Source: Holophagaceae bacterium
GTDB taxonomy: Bacteria > Acidobacteriota > Holophagae > Holophagales > Holophagaceae
Length of the DNA stretch: 43,575 bases
Reading direction: 5' to 3'
NCBI GenBank assembly: GCA_036391515.1
Contig: DASVZU010000338.1
Coordinates: forward strand, 1 to 43,575
Position numbers and translations under genes: made by a program
In this document: positions 28,937 through 37,396 of the stretch, one piece after another
Position numbering within the stretch: position 1 is the stretch's first letter
Layout of the letters: each line of letters opens with the position of its first letter
Notes under the pieces: model-generated
The model's database searches: none
Seen by the model: the letters and a program-made list of their open reading frames with translations, nothing else
Told to the model about the DNA's origin: nothing

Positions 28937-29413
28937 ATGGCCGTCTTCCGCAACAACACCAAGCGCCCCGACGCCGCCCCGGCGATCCACTCCCTGCTGG
29001 GCAAGGACGTCACCCTCACGGGCGAGATCCACACCGGGGACCGGAGCCTCCGCATCGAGGGCACCGTCGACGGCACCATCCATTCCACGGGCGAAGTGTC
29101 CATCGCCCCGGGCGGCCTGGTGAAGGGTACGGTCTTCGCGAAGCACCTGATCGTCACGGGACGTGCCGAAGGCATCATGAAGATCTCGGAGTGCCTCGAG
29201 ATCCATGGCACCGGGTACGTGGAGGGCGATGTGGAAGTGGGTTCCCTCGTGGTGGACGAGGGAGGCACGCTCCAGGGCGTCTGTGTCAGGAAGGACCAGC
29301 AGCCCAAGGGCCACGACGCCAGCGCCAACTCCGTCGCCAAGGGTGGCCCCCTGCCCATTTCCAAGCCCGACCCCAAGGACCTGAAGAAGGTCCCCGAACC
29401 GCCCCGGCACTGA
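28937..29413 (+). CDS. Bactofilin (polymer-forming cytoskeletal protein)
   Basis: SLLGKDVTLTGEI...LRIEGTVDGTI...VKGTV...IVTG...VEGDV...LVVDEGGTLQG beta-helix repeats; AGGAG RBS. Confidence 0.92.
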   Translation: MAVFRNNTKRPDAAPAIHSLLGKDVTLTGEIHTGDRSLRIEGTVDGTIHSTGEVSIAPGGLVKGTVFAKHLIVTGRAEGIMKISECLEIHGTGYVEGDVEVGSLVVDEGGTLQGVCVRKDQQPKGHDASANSVAKGGPLPISKPDPKDLKKVPEPPRH

Positions 29414-29446
29414 TCCGCTTCCCGCGACGGTCCGGCAGATTCCGTC

Positions 29447-30700
29447 TCAGACCTTGCGGAGGATCACGCAGGCGTTGGTCCCGCCGAAGCCGAAGCCGTT
29501 GTTCATGGCGTATTCGGCGTCGAAGGTGCCGGCGGTGTTGGGGGTGACATCCAGGTTGCATTCGGGGTCCTGGTTGTCCACGTTGATGGTGGGGGGGATC
29601 TTCCCGGTCTTCACCGCCAGGGCGGTCACGATGGTCTCGAGGCCACCGGCGGCACCCAGCAGGTGGCCGTGCATGGACTTGGTGCTGCTCACCTTGATGC
29701 GCTTTGCGTGGTCCCCGAATACACGGTGGATGGCCATGCACTCCAGCTTGTCCCCCACGGGCGTGCTGGTGCCGTGCATGTTGATGTAGCCCACCTGCTC
29801 GGGGGCGATGCCGGCGTCCTTCATGGCCGCCCGCATGACGCGCTGGCCACCCTCGCCCTCGGGGGCCGGGCTGGTGATGTGGTTGGCGTCGCCGCTCATC
29901 CCGTAGCCGGCCACCTCGGCGTAGATCTTCGCCCCGCGGGCCTTTGCGAGCTCGTACTCCTCGAGGATGACGATGCCGGCGCCCTCGCTCATCACGAAGC
30001 CGTCGCGATCCACGTCGAAGGGACGCGAGGCCCTCTCGGGCTCGTCGTTCCGGGTGCTGAGGGCGCGCATGGCAGCGAAGCCGCCCACGCCGAGCTGGTT
30101 GATCACCGAATCGCTGCCGCCGGCCATCATGCGGTCGGCGTAGCCGAAGGCGATGAGCCGGGCCGCGTCGCCGATGGCGTGGGCCCCCGTGGCGCAGGCC
30201 GTGGCCACGGCGCTGTTGGGGCCCTGCAGGCCGTACTTGATGCTGGCCTGGCCGCTGGCCAAGTTCACGATGAGGCTGGGAATGAAGAAGGGGCTGGTGC
30301 GGCGGGGGCCGCGGTAGCCGTTGGCCTCGTCCCAGATGGTGCTGAGGCCGCCGATACCGCTGCCGATGTAGGTGCCGAAGGCCTCGCGCTCGGCCTTGGT
30401 GAGCTCGACCCGGTCGAAGCCGGCATCCATCCACGCCTCGTGGGCGGCGCCCAGGGCGTAGTGGATGAAGATGTCCATCTTCTTCTGCTCTTTCTTGTCG
30501 ATGGCCACGTCGGGGTTGAACCCCTTCACCTGGCCCGCGATCTTGCAGGCGAACTCGGAGACATCGAAGCGGTCGATGGGCCCGATGCCGCTCCGCCCGG
30601 CCAGCAGGTTGTCCCAGGTCTCGGTGGCAGTGAGTCCGCAGGGATTCACCGTCCCCACGCCGGTGATGACCACGCGACGGCGATGGATGGGGGTGCTCAT
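29447..30700 (-). CDS. fabF: 3-oxoacyl-ACP synthase II
   Basis: RRVVITG, TACATG, SRPFDVDRDGFV, HGTSTPVGD, KSMHGHLLGAAG, GFGFGGTN. Confidence 0.96.
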   Translation of the reverse strand: MSTPIHRRRVVITGVGTVNPCGLTATETWDNLLAGRSGIGPIDRFDVSEFACKIAGQVKGFNPDVAIDKKEQKKMDIFIHYALGAAHEAWMDAGFDRVELTKAEREAFGTYIGSGIGGLSTIWDEANGYRGPRRTSPFFIPSLIVNLASGQASIKYGLQGPNSAVATACATGAHAIGDAARLIAFGYADRMMAGGSDSVINQLGVGGFAAMRALSTRNDEPERASRPFDVDRDGFVMSEGAGIVILEEYELAKARGAKIYAEVAGYGMSGDANHITSPAPEGEGGQRVMRAAMKDAGIAPEQVGYINMHGTSTPVGDKLECMAIHRVFGDHAKRIKVSSTKSMHGHLLGAAGGLETIVTALAVKTGKIPPTINVDNQDPECNLDVTPNTAGTFDAEYAMNNGFGFGGTNACVILRKV

Positions 30701-30758
30701 GCTTCACCTCTCGATCGGACGGCAGGTGCCTGACCTCTAAAGCCTACCTGCTCCGCTG

Positions 30759-30799
30759 AAAAAACAAACGTGCCGCAGGCCGGGGGCGCTGCGGCACGT
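30759..30799 (-). terminator. Intrinsic terminator/attenuator between acpP and fabF
   Basis: Stem acgtgccgcag/ctgcggcacgt (11 bp) followed on the minus strand by TTTGTTTTTT, 15 nt after the acpP stop. Confidence 0.8.
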
Positions 30800-30814
30800 G
30801 ACATGGGCGGGAGA

Positions 30815-31054
30815 TCAGGCCTTCGCGTGCTTCTCGATGTAGGCGATGGCGTCCCCGACGGTGCGGATCTTCTCCTGCTCGCTCTCGGGGATCTCCAGGC
30901 TGAAGGCCTCCTCGATGGCCATGATGATCTCGACGGTGTCGAGGCTGTCAGCGCCGAGGTCGTCCACGAAATGGCTGGACTCGGAGATGGAATCTTCGGG
31001 CTTGGCCAGCTGCTCAGCAATGATCGCAATGACCTTCTTACGCACATCAGCCAT
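30815..31054 (-). CDS. acpP: Acyl carrier protein
   Basis: DDLGADSLDTVEIIMAIEEAF; GGAGG RBS; next to fabF. Confidence 0.97.
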   Translation of the reverse strand: MADVRKKVIAIIAEQLAKPEDSISESSHFVDDLGADSLDTVEIIMAIEEAFSLEIPESEQEKIRTVGDAIAYIEKHAKA

Positions 31055-31166
31055 CGTGGGCTCCTCCAGACGAACCCGAAAACCGTAACACAACCCCCTC
31101 CGAATGCCAAACCCTGGGTCAAGTGGCCCTGGTTGCGCCCCGGACCGGCTTGTGCGGGAATGAGCC

Positions 31167-32108
31167 ATGCCCCGAGCCAGGCAGGTCGAGGAACCCGAGC
31201 ACGGCTGGCCCCTGGGATGGGCCGCCAGCCTGCGGGAGTTCCACACGTTCCTGGCCGTGGAGCGGGGGCTCTCGGGCCATACCGCCTCCGGCTACCTGTC
31301 GGATCTCACCCACCTCGCCGCCTGGGCCTGCGCGGGGGAGATCGCAGCCACGGATCTTTCCCGCGACCACCTGACCCGCTTCCTCGTGGACCAGCAGGCC
31401 CAGGGGAAGGCGCCGCGCAGCCTGGCCCGGATGAGCTCCAGCCTGAGGGCCTTCCTGGCCTTCCTCCGGATGGAGGGAGGCGGCGGGGCCGGGCCCGAGG
31501 CGGTCGTGAAGCCGCCCCGCCCGCCGCGCATCCTGCCCCGCACCCTGGGGGAGAGCCAGGTGGAGGCCCTCCTGGCCGCGCCGGACACCGCCGTTCCCCT
31601 CGGCGTGCGGGACCGCGCCTGGCTGGAACTCCTCTACGCCTCTGGCCTGCGGGTCTCCGAGCTGGCGGGCCTCCCGGCCCTGGCGGTCTTCCTGGACGAA
31701 GGCTTCCTGAAGGTGACCGGAAAGGGTCGGAAAGAGCGTCTGGTCCCCTTCGGTGCGGGAGCGGAACACTGGATCCGGGCCTGGCTGGCCCTCCGGCCCG
31801 GCTTCCGCCCGAAGGGCGGCGAACTGTTCGTGGGCCAGCGGGGCGAGGCCCTGAGCCGCCAGCACCTCTGGCGGCTCCTGAAGGGGTACGCCCGCCAGGC
31901 CGGCCTGCGCCCGGAGGCCGTGAGCCCCCATGTCCTGCGCCATGCCTTCGCCACCCATCTGCTGGACCACGGTGCGGACCTCCGGGCCGTCCAGGCGATG
32001 CTCGGCCACGCCGACATCAGCACGACCCAGATCTACACCCACGTCCACCAGGCCAGGCTCCGCGCCCTCTACGACCGGATGCACCCGCGGGGCGGCGGGG
32101 GCGGGTGA
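31167..32108 (+). CDS. xerD: Tyrosine recombinase XerD-like
   Basis: [66 protein letters not shown]. Confidence 0.88.
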   Translation: MPRARQVEEPEHGWPLGWAASLREFHTFLAVERGLSGHTASGYLSDLTHLAAWACAGEIAATDLSRDHLTRFLVDQQAQGKAPRSLARMSSSLRAFLAFLRMEGGGGAGPEAVVKPPRPPRILPRTLGESQVEALLAAPDTAVPLGVRDRAWLELLYASGLRVSELAGLPALAVFLDEGFLKVTGKGRKERLVPFGAGAEHWIRAWLALRPGFRPKGGELFVGQRGEALSRQHLWRLLKGYARQAGLRPEAVSPHVLRHAFATHLLDHGADLRAVQAMLGHADISTTQIYTHVHQARLRALYDRMHPRGGGGG

Positions 32109-32112
32109 GGCT

Positions 32113-32994
32113 TCAGGCCTGGGCCAGAAGCACCCCGGTGGCCACCAGCGCCGCACCGGCCACGAAGGGCAGCGTGATGGGCTGGGCGAAGAAGACCCAC
32201 CCCAGGAGCGCCGTCACCACAGGCTGGGCGTTGCTGGCGATGGCCACACGGCTGGGCTCCTTCAGGGAGAGCGCGTGGAACCAGAGCAGGTACGAGACGA
32301 CGCTCGTCATCAGGCCGAGGTAGGCCAGGCCAACCCAGGCCACGGGCGGCACCGCCGCCAGGTGCAGCCGAGGGAGGCCGAGCGCCCCCAGCGGGGAGAA
32401 GACCGCCAGGCCGAAGAGGATCGACAGGGTGGTGGCCCGCTGGGCGCCGTGCTTCAGCACCATGGGCCGGCTCGCCACCGTGTAGCCCGCCCAGGCCACC
32501 ACGGCGACCAGGATCATCAGGTCGCCGAGGATCCATCGTGGCGGCAGGGCCGCAGTGCCACGCCGGCCCGCCAGGAGGACAACCACACCCGCAAAGGCGA
32601 GGATCAGCCCCAGCAGCTTGCGCGGACCGGGACGTTCCTGCCCCCTCGCCCAGGCCATGAGCAGCACCACCGTGGGCGTAAGTGCGTAGAGCAGCGCCGC
32701 GTGGGAAGGCAGCGTGAAGGCCAGGCCACCCAGGAAGGCCACCTGGTTGAGGGCCACCCCCAGGAAGCCCAGCCACAGGTAGGTCCGCCACTCGGCCCGG
32801 GCCAGGGGCCAGAGATCCAGCCCCCGGATCCGGGCCAGGACCAGGAAGCCTGCCCCCGCGATGAGGAAGCGCAGGAGCCCGAGCACGAGCGTGGGCAGGG
32901 CGTCCGCGGCGATCTTCCCCAGCAGGTAGGTGCCCGCGGAGATGCAGGTGTGCAGCGTCATGACGACGGCGAAGCGGAGGTTCGTTCGGCCCAT
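32113..32994 (-). CDS. DMT/EamA family transporter
   Basis: About ten TM helices in two EamA repeats; LRFLIAG, GDLMIL, AYLGLMTSVVSYLLW. Confidence 0.9.
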   Translation of the reverse strand: MGRTNLRFAVVMTLHTCISAGTYLLGKIAADALPTLVLGLLRFLIAGAGFLVLARIRGLDLWPLARAEWRTYLWLGFLGVALNQVAFLGGLAFTLPSHAALLYALTPTVVLLMAWARGQERPGPRKLLGLILAFAGVVVLLAGRRGTAALPPRWILGDLMILVAVVAWAGYTVASRPMVLKHGAQRATTLSILFGLAVFSPLGALGLPRLHLAAVPPVAWVGLAYLGLMTSVVSYLLWFHALSLKEPSRVAIASNAQPVVTALLGWVFFAQPITLPFVAGAALVATGVLLAQA

Positions 32995-33092
32995 CCCCCC
33001 AGCATGGCCGCCCCCGGTGCGACCTGCGCCCTGAATTGGGCGTGGACCCGCCGCGCGGGGTTGGGCGATCATGGGCCCAGGAGCATTGACTC

Positions 33093-34172
33093 ATGGCCGT
33101 GACGAGGACCCCCCGCAAGAAGACCGGAACCGCCGAAGCCCCCAAGGCCTCCAAGGCGGCCCCGAAGAAACCCGCCGCCAAGGCCGTCCAGGCCAAGACC
33201 GCCGCCGAGAAGCCGGCTCCGAAGAAGACCCCCGCCAAGAAGGCCGTGGCCAAGACCGCCGAAACCGAGGCGAAACCCGTCCGGAAGGCCAAGGCCGTCG
33301 CCACCCCCGAGCCCGAAGCCGTCGTCCCCGCCCCCCCGGAGCCTGCGCCCAAGGCGGCCCCGAAAGCCCCCGCGAGGAAGGCCGCGGGCTCCGAACCGGC
33401 CATCCCGCCCTTCGCGGAGGCCGTCCTGGCGGCCATCCGGGAGGGCCGGGCCCTGGAATTCATCTTCGCCGATTCGGACGCCAACGCCCCCCGCACCTTC
33501 GAGCCCCGCCAGCTCACCTACGACGCCCTCAGCCAGGCCTGGTACGTGTGGGGCTGGGACCGCCGCTACAACGCCGAGCGCTTCCACCGCCTTGACCTGC
33601 TGGCGGAGGTGAATCCCGTGGAGGGCGTGGGACGCGCCGCCCAGGGCCCCTACGCCGAGGGCACGCCCGCCAACCAGATCGGCGGCTGGCTGGGTGGCGA
33701 ACCCATCGCCGTGAAGGCCCTCCTCATGAAGCAATGGGTCTTCGCCGTGAAGCAGGCCCCCCCGGCCTTCCCCCATTTCCGCATGGAGGACCAGGGCGAT
33801 GGCCAGGCCCTCGTGACCTTCACCGCGACGGACCTGCGGGCCATCGCCCGCTGGGTGCTCCAGTTCGGAGACGGCATCCAGGTGCAGGAACCGGCCCGCC
33901 TCCAGGACCGCATCAAGCAGGTGGCCGCCGTCTGGATGGGCAAGGACCGCCAGGCCCTTCCCGCGCCCCGGCCGGAGGCCCCGCGGCATGAACCGCGTCC
34001 CGAACCCAGGGCCGAATCCCGCCCCGACCACCGGCCTGCCAGGCCCGAGCCGGCCCAGGAACCGCGTCGGCACGAAGCCCGTCCGCCCCGGGAGCCCCGC
34101 CGCGAACAGGAGGAGGAGGCCCCCAAGGGCAAGCCCGGGAAGCTGGAGATCATCCGGTTCGATCGCCTCTGA
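33093..34172 (+). CDS. WYL + WCX domain protein with Lys/Ala/Pro-rich N-terminal tail
   Basis: VLAAIREGRALEFIF...RTFEPRQL...WYVWGWDRRYNAERFHRLD (WYL); LVTFTATDLRAIARWVLQFGDGIQVQEP (WCX); AGGAG RBS. Confidence 0.82.
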   Translation: MAVTRTPRKKTGTAEAPKASKAAPKKPAAKAVQAKTAAEKPAPKKTPAKKAVAKTAETEAKPVRKAKAVATPEPEAVVPAPPEPAPKAAPKAPARKAAGSEPAIPPFAEAVLAAIREGRALEFIFADSDANAPRTFEPRQLTYDALSQAWYVWGWDRRYNAERFHRLDLLAEVNPVEGVGRAAQGPYAEGTPANQIGGWLGGEPIAVKALLMKQWVFAVKQAPPAFPHFRMEDQGDGQALVTFTATDLRAIARWVLQFGDGIQVQEPARLQDRIKQVAAVWMGKDRQALPAPRPEAPRHEPRPEPRAESRPDHRPARPEPAQEPRRHEARPPREPRREQEEEAPKGKPGKLEIIRFDRL

Positions 34173-34178
34173 TCCCGG

Positions 34179-35744
34179 TCAGTTGGCGAGGGTCCAGCCC
34201 CGCCGCCCCGGAATGTAGCCGTAGGATTGCCCCAGGGGATCGAAGGCCACCCCCCGCAGGCGCCGGTCTGCGGCCAGGTAGGCCACGCCGTAGGTGAGCT
34301 GGATCAGCGGGAACTCGCTCTGCACAAGCCGGTTGATCCGGAGGTACAGGGCGCGCCGCCGACCCGGGTCCATCTCGTGCCGGGCCTGGGCGAAGAGGCG
34401 GTCCACCTCGGGGGTATGGCACCGGGTGACATTCGTCCCCCCCTGGATGCCCTCGCTCGTGAAGAGCGGTGCCTCGGCATCGGGATCCAGGCTGGTGTTC
34501 CAGCCGTAGGCCCAGAGGTCGCCCTCCCCCTTGGCGGCCCGGACCAGCACCTCGTCGATGCCCACCCGCCGCAGGTCCAGGTCGATTCCCGCTTTGCGGG
34601 CCTGATCGGCGAAGGCGCGGGCGGCATCCAGCCTGGAATAGCCCCGGGCGGCATACATCACCAGCCGGAGACGCCTCCCGTTCGCATCCTGGCGCACGCC
34701 GTCCGCCCCAGGGTGCCAGCCGGCCTGGTCCAGGAGGGCCTGGGCCCGCTGCAGTGTCGGGAGTGTCTGGGGGGTGGCCTCGTAGGCCCAGCTGAGGGGC
34801 GACCAGAGGCTCGTGGCCAGCCGGGCGGGGTGCAGCTGCCGCTGGGCCAGGAGGAAGTCCAGGGGCTGGAGGTCCGCCAGCGCCCGGCGGATCCGCTTGT
34901 CCCCCAGCAGGCTGCGCCCGGGGTCGCAGTTCAGCCAGAACGTGTCGTAGGACGCCGTCGGGGCGGACAGCGCCAGGAGCCCGGGCGTTCCCAGGGCCCC
35001 CTGGCGCAGCAGGTAGTGATGGAACCAGTCCAGGTCCGCGAACTGGTACTCCCCGGCGCGGATCTGGCGCAGGTACTCCGCCGTGTCCGTGGGCTGGACC
35101 CGGAAGTGGAATCGATCCCAGCGGCCGGGATGGGGCCCGCGGTACCCTGGCCAACGCTCGATCTGGATGTCCCTGGCGTTGGCTCCCGGCAGCACCCGGT
35201 AGGGTCCCGATCCCACCGGGGCGTAGTTGAGCGGGTTCTGGAAGGGATCCGCCCCCAGGTGGTAGAGCTTCCGAGGTACCGGCTGGAAGTTGTAGAGATC
35301 TGCCAGCAGCGTGGCGCGGGGCTGACGGAGGCGGATGCGGACCTTCAAGGGGCCTTCCGCCACCACGCTGTCCAGGGTCCGGACCCCCGCAAGGTCGAAC
35401 ACCTTCCGCACCTGCGGGAGGGACAGCATACGCCAGGTGGCCACCACATCCTCGGCCTCTACGGGGCTGCCGTCCTGCCAGGTCAGGCCTGGCCGAAGCC
35501 TCAGCAGCACGTCCCGGCCGTCCTTCGAGACCTCCCAGGACTCGAGCATCTCCGGCAGGTAGTTGCCGTGTTCATCAATGGCCACCAGCCGGTCGAAGAC
35601 CAGGTCCACCACCTGGACTTCCACCTCCCGGGCCAGCAGGAGGGGATCCAGGCTGAGTACCGGCTTGTCCAGGGCGATGGAGATGGGATCCGCGGCCCGC
35701 AGGATGGCGGCGAGGCAGAGGGCGGACAGGATCCGGAGACGCAT
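34179..35744 (-). CDS. ABC transporter substrate-binding protein, family 5 (peptide/nickel type)
   Basis: Signal peptide; LDP, VFDRLV, LRPGLTWQDGSPVEAEDVV, PVGSGPY, IRRAL, RRALY. Confidence 0.88.
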   Translation of the reverse strand: MRLRILSALCLAAILRAADPISIALDKPVLSLDPLLLAREVEVQVVDLVFDRLVAIDEHGNYLPEMLESWEVSKDGRDVLLRLRPGLTWQDGSPVEAEDVVATWRMLSLPQVRKVFDLAGVRTLDSVVAEGPLKVRIRLRQPRATLLADLYNFQPVPRKLYHLGADPFQNPLNYAPVGSGPYRVLPGANARDIQIERWPGYRGPHPGRWDRFHFRVQPTDTAEYLRQIRAGEYQFADLDWFHHYLLRQGALGTPGLLALSAPTASYDTFWLNCDPGRSLLGDKRIRRALADLQPLDFLLAQRQLHPARLATSLWSPLSWAYEATPQTLPTLQRAQALLDQAGWHPGADGVRQDANGRRLRLVMYAARGYSRLDAARAFADQARKAGIDLDLRRVGIDEVLVRAAKGEGDLWAYGWNTSLDPDAEAPLFTSEGIQGGTNVTRCHTPEVDRLFAQARHEMDPGRRRALYLRINRLVQSEFPLIQLTYGVAYLAADRRLRGVAFDPLGQSYGYIPGRRGWTLAN

Positions 35745-35751
35745 AGGGGAT

Positions 35752-35780
35752 CTATCGGCCAGAGGGCTGCCTGGTTTTGA
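35752..35780 (-). promoter_or_regulatory. Possible sigma28-type promoter directly upstream of the SBP start
   Basis: Minus strand TCAAAA-N15-GCCGATAG, then 7 nt to ATG 35744 with no SD. Confidence 0.4.
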
Positions 35781-35792
35781 ATCGGACGGTCC

Positions 35793-37361
35793 TCATGGCG
35801 CCAGGGTCCACCCCCGCATCCCCGGCCAGAACCCGTAGGGCTGGCCCAGGGGGTTGAAGGCCACTCCCCGCAGGTCCGGACGGGCGATGTACCGGGTGAG
35901 GTTGTAGGTCAGCGGGATCACCGGCCGGTCCCGCCACAGGATGTCGGCGATGCGACGGTAGATCCGCTTGCGCGCCTCCGGGTCCACGGCGTGCTGGCCC
36001 TCGTCGAACAGGCGGTCCACCTCCGGGTTGCGGTAGGCGCTGACGTTGGCCCCGCTGTGGAGGCCCTCCTCCGTGAACAGCGGGCTGTCGTCGTTGGGAT
36101 CCAGGCCGGTGGTCCACCCGTAGCTCCAGAAGTCCCCGACGTGGGACGCCGACTTGCGGCCCAGTTCGTCGAAGGGCACCGGACGGATCCCGATCCGCAT
36201 GCCGACCTTGGCGGCCCGGCCCACCAGCAGGTGGGTCACGCTGTGCAGCCCGGCCTCCACCTGCTCGTAGGCCACCAGATCCAGCGGCCGCCCCTGGGCA
36301 TCGCGCCGGACCCCGTCGGGCCCCATGCGCCAGCCGGCCGCTTCAAGGAGGGCGCGGGCCCGGCTCAGGCGGGGGAGCGGGCGGGGCGTGGGATCGTAGG
36401 CCCACCCTTCCGGGGGCCAGAACGAGGTCGCCAGGCGCGTGCCGAAGAACTGCCGGCCCCGGGCCAGCTGCTCCCAGGGCACCAGCTCCGCCAGGGCCTG
36501 CCGGAGGCGCACGTCCCCCAGCAGGCTGCGCTTCGGATCGCAGTTGAGGAAGAAGGCATTGAAGGCCGCCTGGGGTGCCGCGTAGGCGCGGAGCTGGCCG
36601 CCCAGGATGGCCCCATGGCGCACGAGATAGTGGGAGAGGGAGCCCACGGGGCAGAGGTGGAGGTCTCCCGACACCAGCGCCTGGCGGACATCCTTCATGG
36701 GAGTGATGTTCTTCAGCTCGAAGGCCGGCCAGGTCCCCGGGTGGGGGCCCCGGTAGCCGTCCCAGCGCTCCAGGCGGATCTCAGCCCGGGTGGCGGCCCC
36801 CACCACCCGGTAGGGCCCGGAGCCTACGGGGGCGAAATTGACGGCGGCTGATCCCGGCTTGGCACCCATGGCGTAGTGGCGACGGGGTACCGGGATGAAA
36901 TTGTAGAGGTCGGACATCAGCGTGCCACGGGGATGGGCCAGGCGGATCCTGACCGTGCGTGGCCCCAGGGCCTCCAGGCTGTCGAGACTGCGGACCCCCG
37001 GGACGGTGTCGTTGATGGCCCGGATCTGGGGCAGGCGGAGCATCCGCCAGGTGAAGACCAGGTCCTCCGCCTCGATGGGGCTGCCGTCCTGCCAGGTCAA
37101 TCCCGGGCGCAAATGGAGCAGCACTTCACGCCCGCCCCGCAGGACCTCCCAGCTCTGGAGCAGCTCGGGGATGAACTGCCCGCGATCATCCAGGGTCACC
37201 AGACGGTCGAAGATCAGATCGGTCACTTCGACATCGGTATCCCGCGACACGAGCAGCGGGTTCATCGTCGTCCAGTCGTCCAGGCCGATGCGAATGGGTC
37301 CAGTGGCCTTCAGCACCAGCACCGCGCACAGGAGGAACAGCAGGGACCGGAGACGCACCAT
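35793..37361 (-). CDS. ABC transporter substrate-binding protein, family 5 (paralog of 34179-35744)
   Basis: MVRLRSLLFLLCAV signal peptide; LRPGLTWQDGSPIEAEDL, PVGSGPY, LNCDPKRSLLGD shared with the neighbour. Confidence 0.88.
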   Translation of the reverse strand: MVRLRSLLFLLCAVLVLKATGPIRIGLDDWTTMNPLLVSRDTDVEVTDLIFDRLVTLDDRGQFIPELLQSWEVLRGGREVLLHLRPGLTWQDGSPIEAEDLVFTWRMLRLPQIRAINDTVPGVRSLDSLEALGPRTVRIRLAHPRGTLMSDLYNFIPVPRRHYAMGAKPGSAAVNFAPVGSGPYRVVGAATRAEIRLERWDGYRGPHPGTWPAFELKNITPMKDVRQALVSGDLHLCPVGSLSHYLVRHGAILGGQLRAYAAPQAAFNAFFLNCDPKRSLLGDVRLRQALAELVPWEQLARGRQFFGTRLATSFWPPEGWAYDPTPRPLPRLSRARALLEAAGWRMGPDGVRRDAQGRPLDLVAYEQVEAGLHSVTHLLVGRAAKVGMRIGIRPVPFDELGRKSASHVGDFWSYGWTTGLDPNDDSPLFTEEGLHSGANVSAYRNPEVDRLFDEGQHAVDPEARKRIYRRIADILWRDRPVIPLTYNLTRYIARPDLRGVAFNPLGQPYGFWPGMRGWTLAP

Positions 37362-37396
37362 GCCATCCCATCGGCAGGATGCCGCCAGGGCTGAGT

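Noticed and set aside
23217-32108. Integrative element bounded by two tyrosine recombinases
   Set aside because: Both look like chromosomal XerC/XerD; the enclosed genes are core (acpP, fabF); no att repeats, tRNA or composition shift seen.
33093-34172. WYL gene as marker of a defence island or CRISPR locus
   Set aside because: No cas, RM, BREX or toxin genes and no repeat-spacer array nearby.
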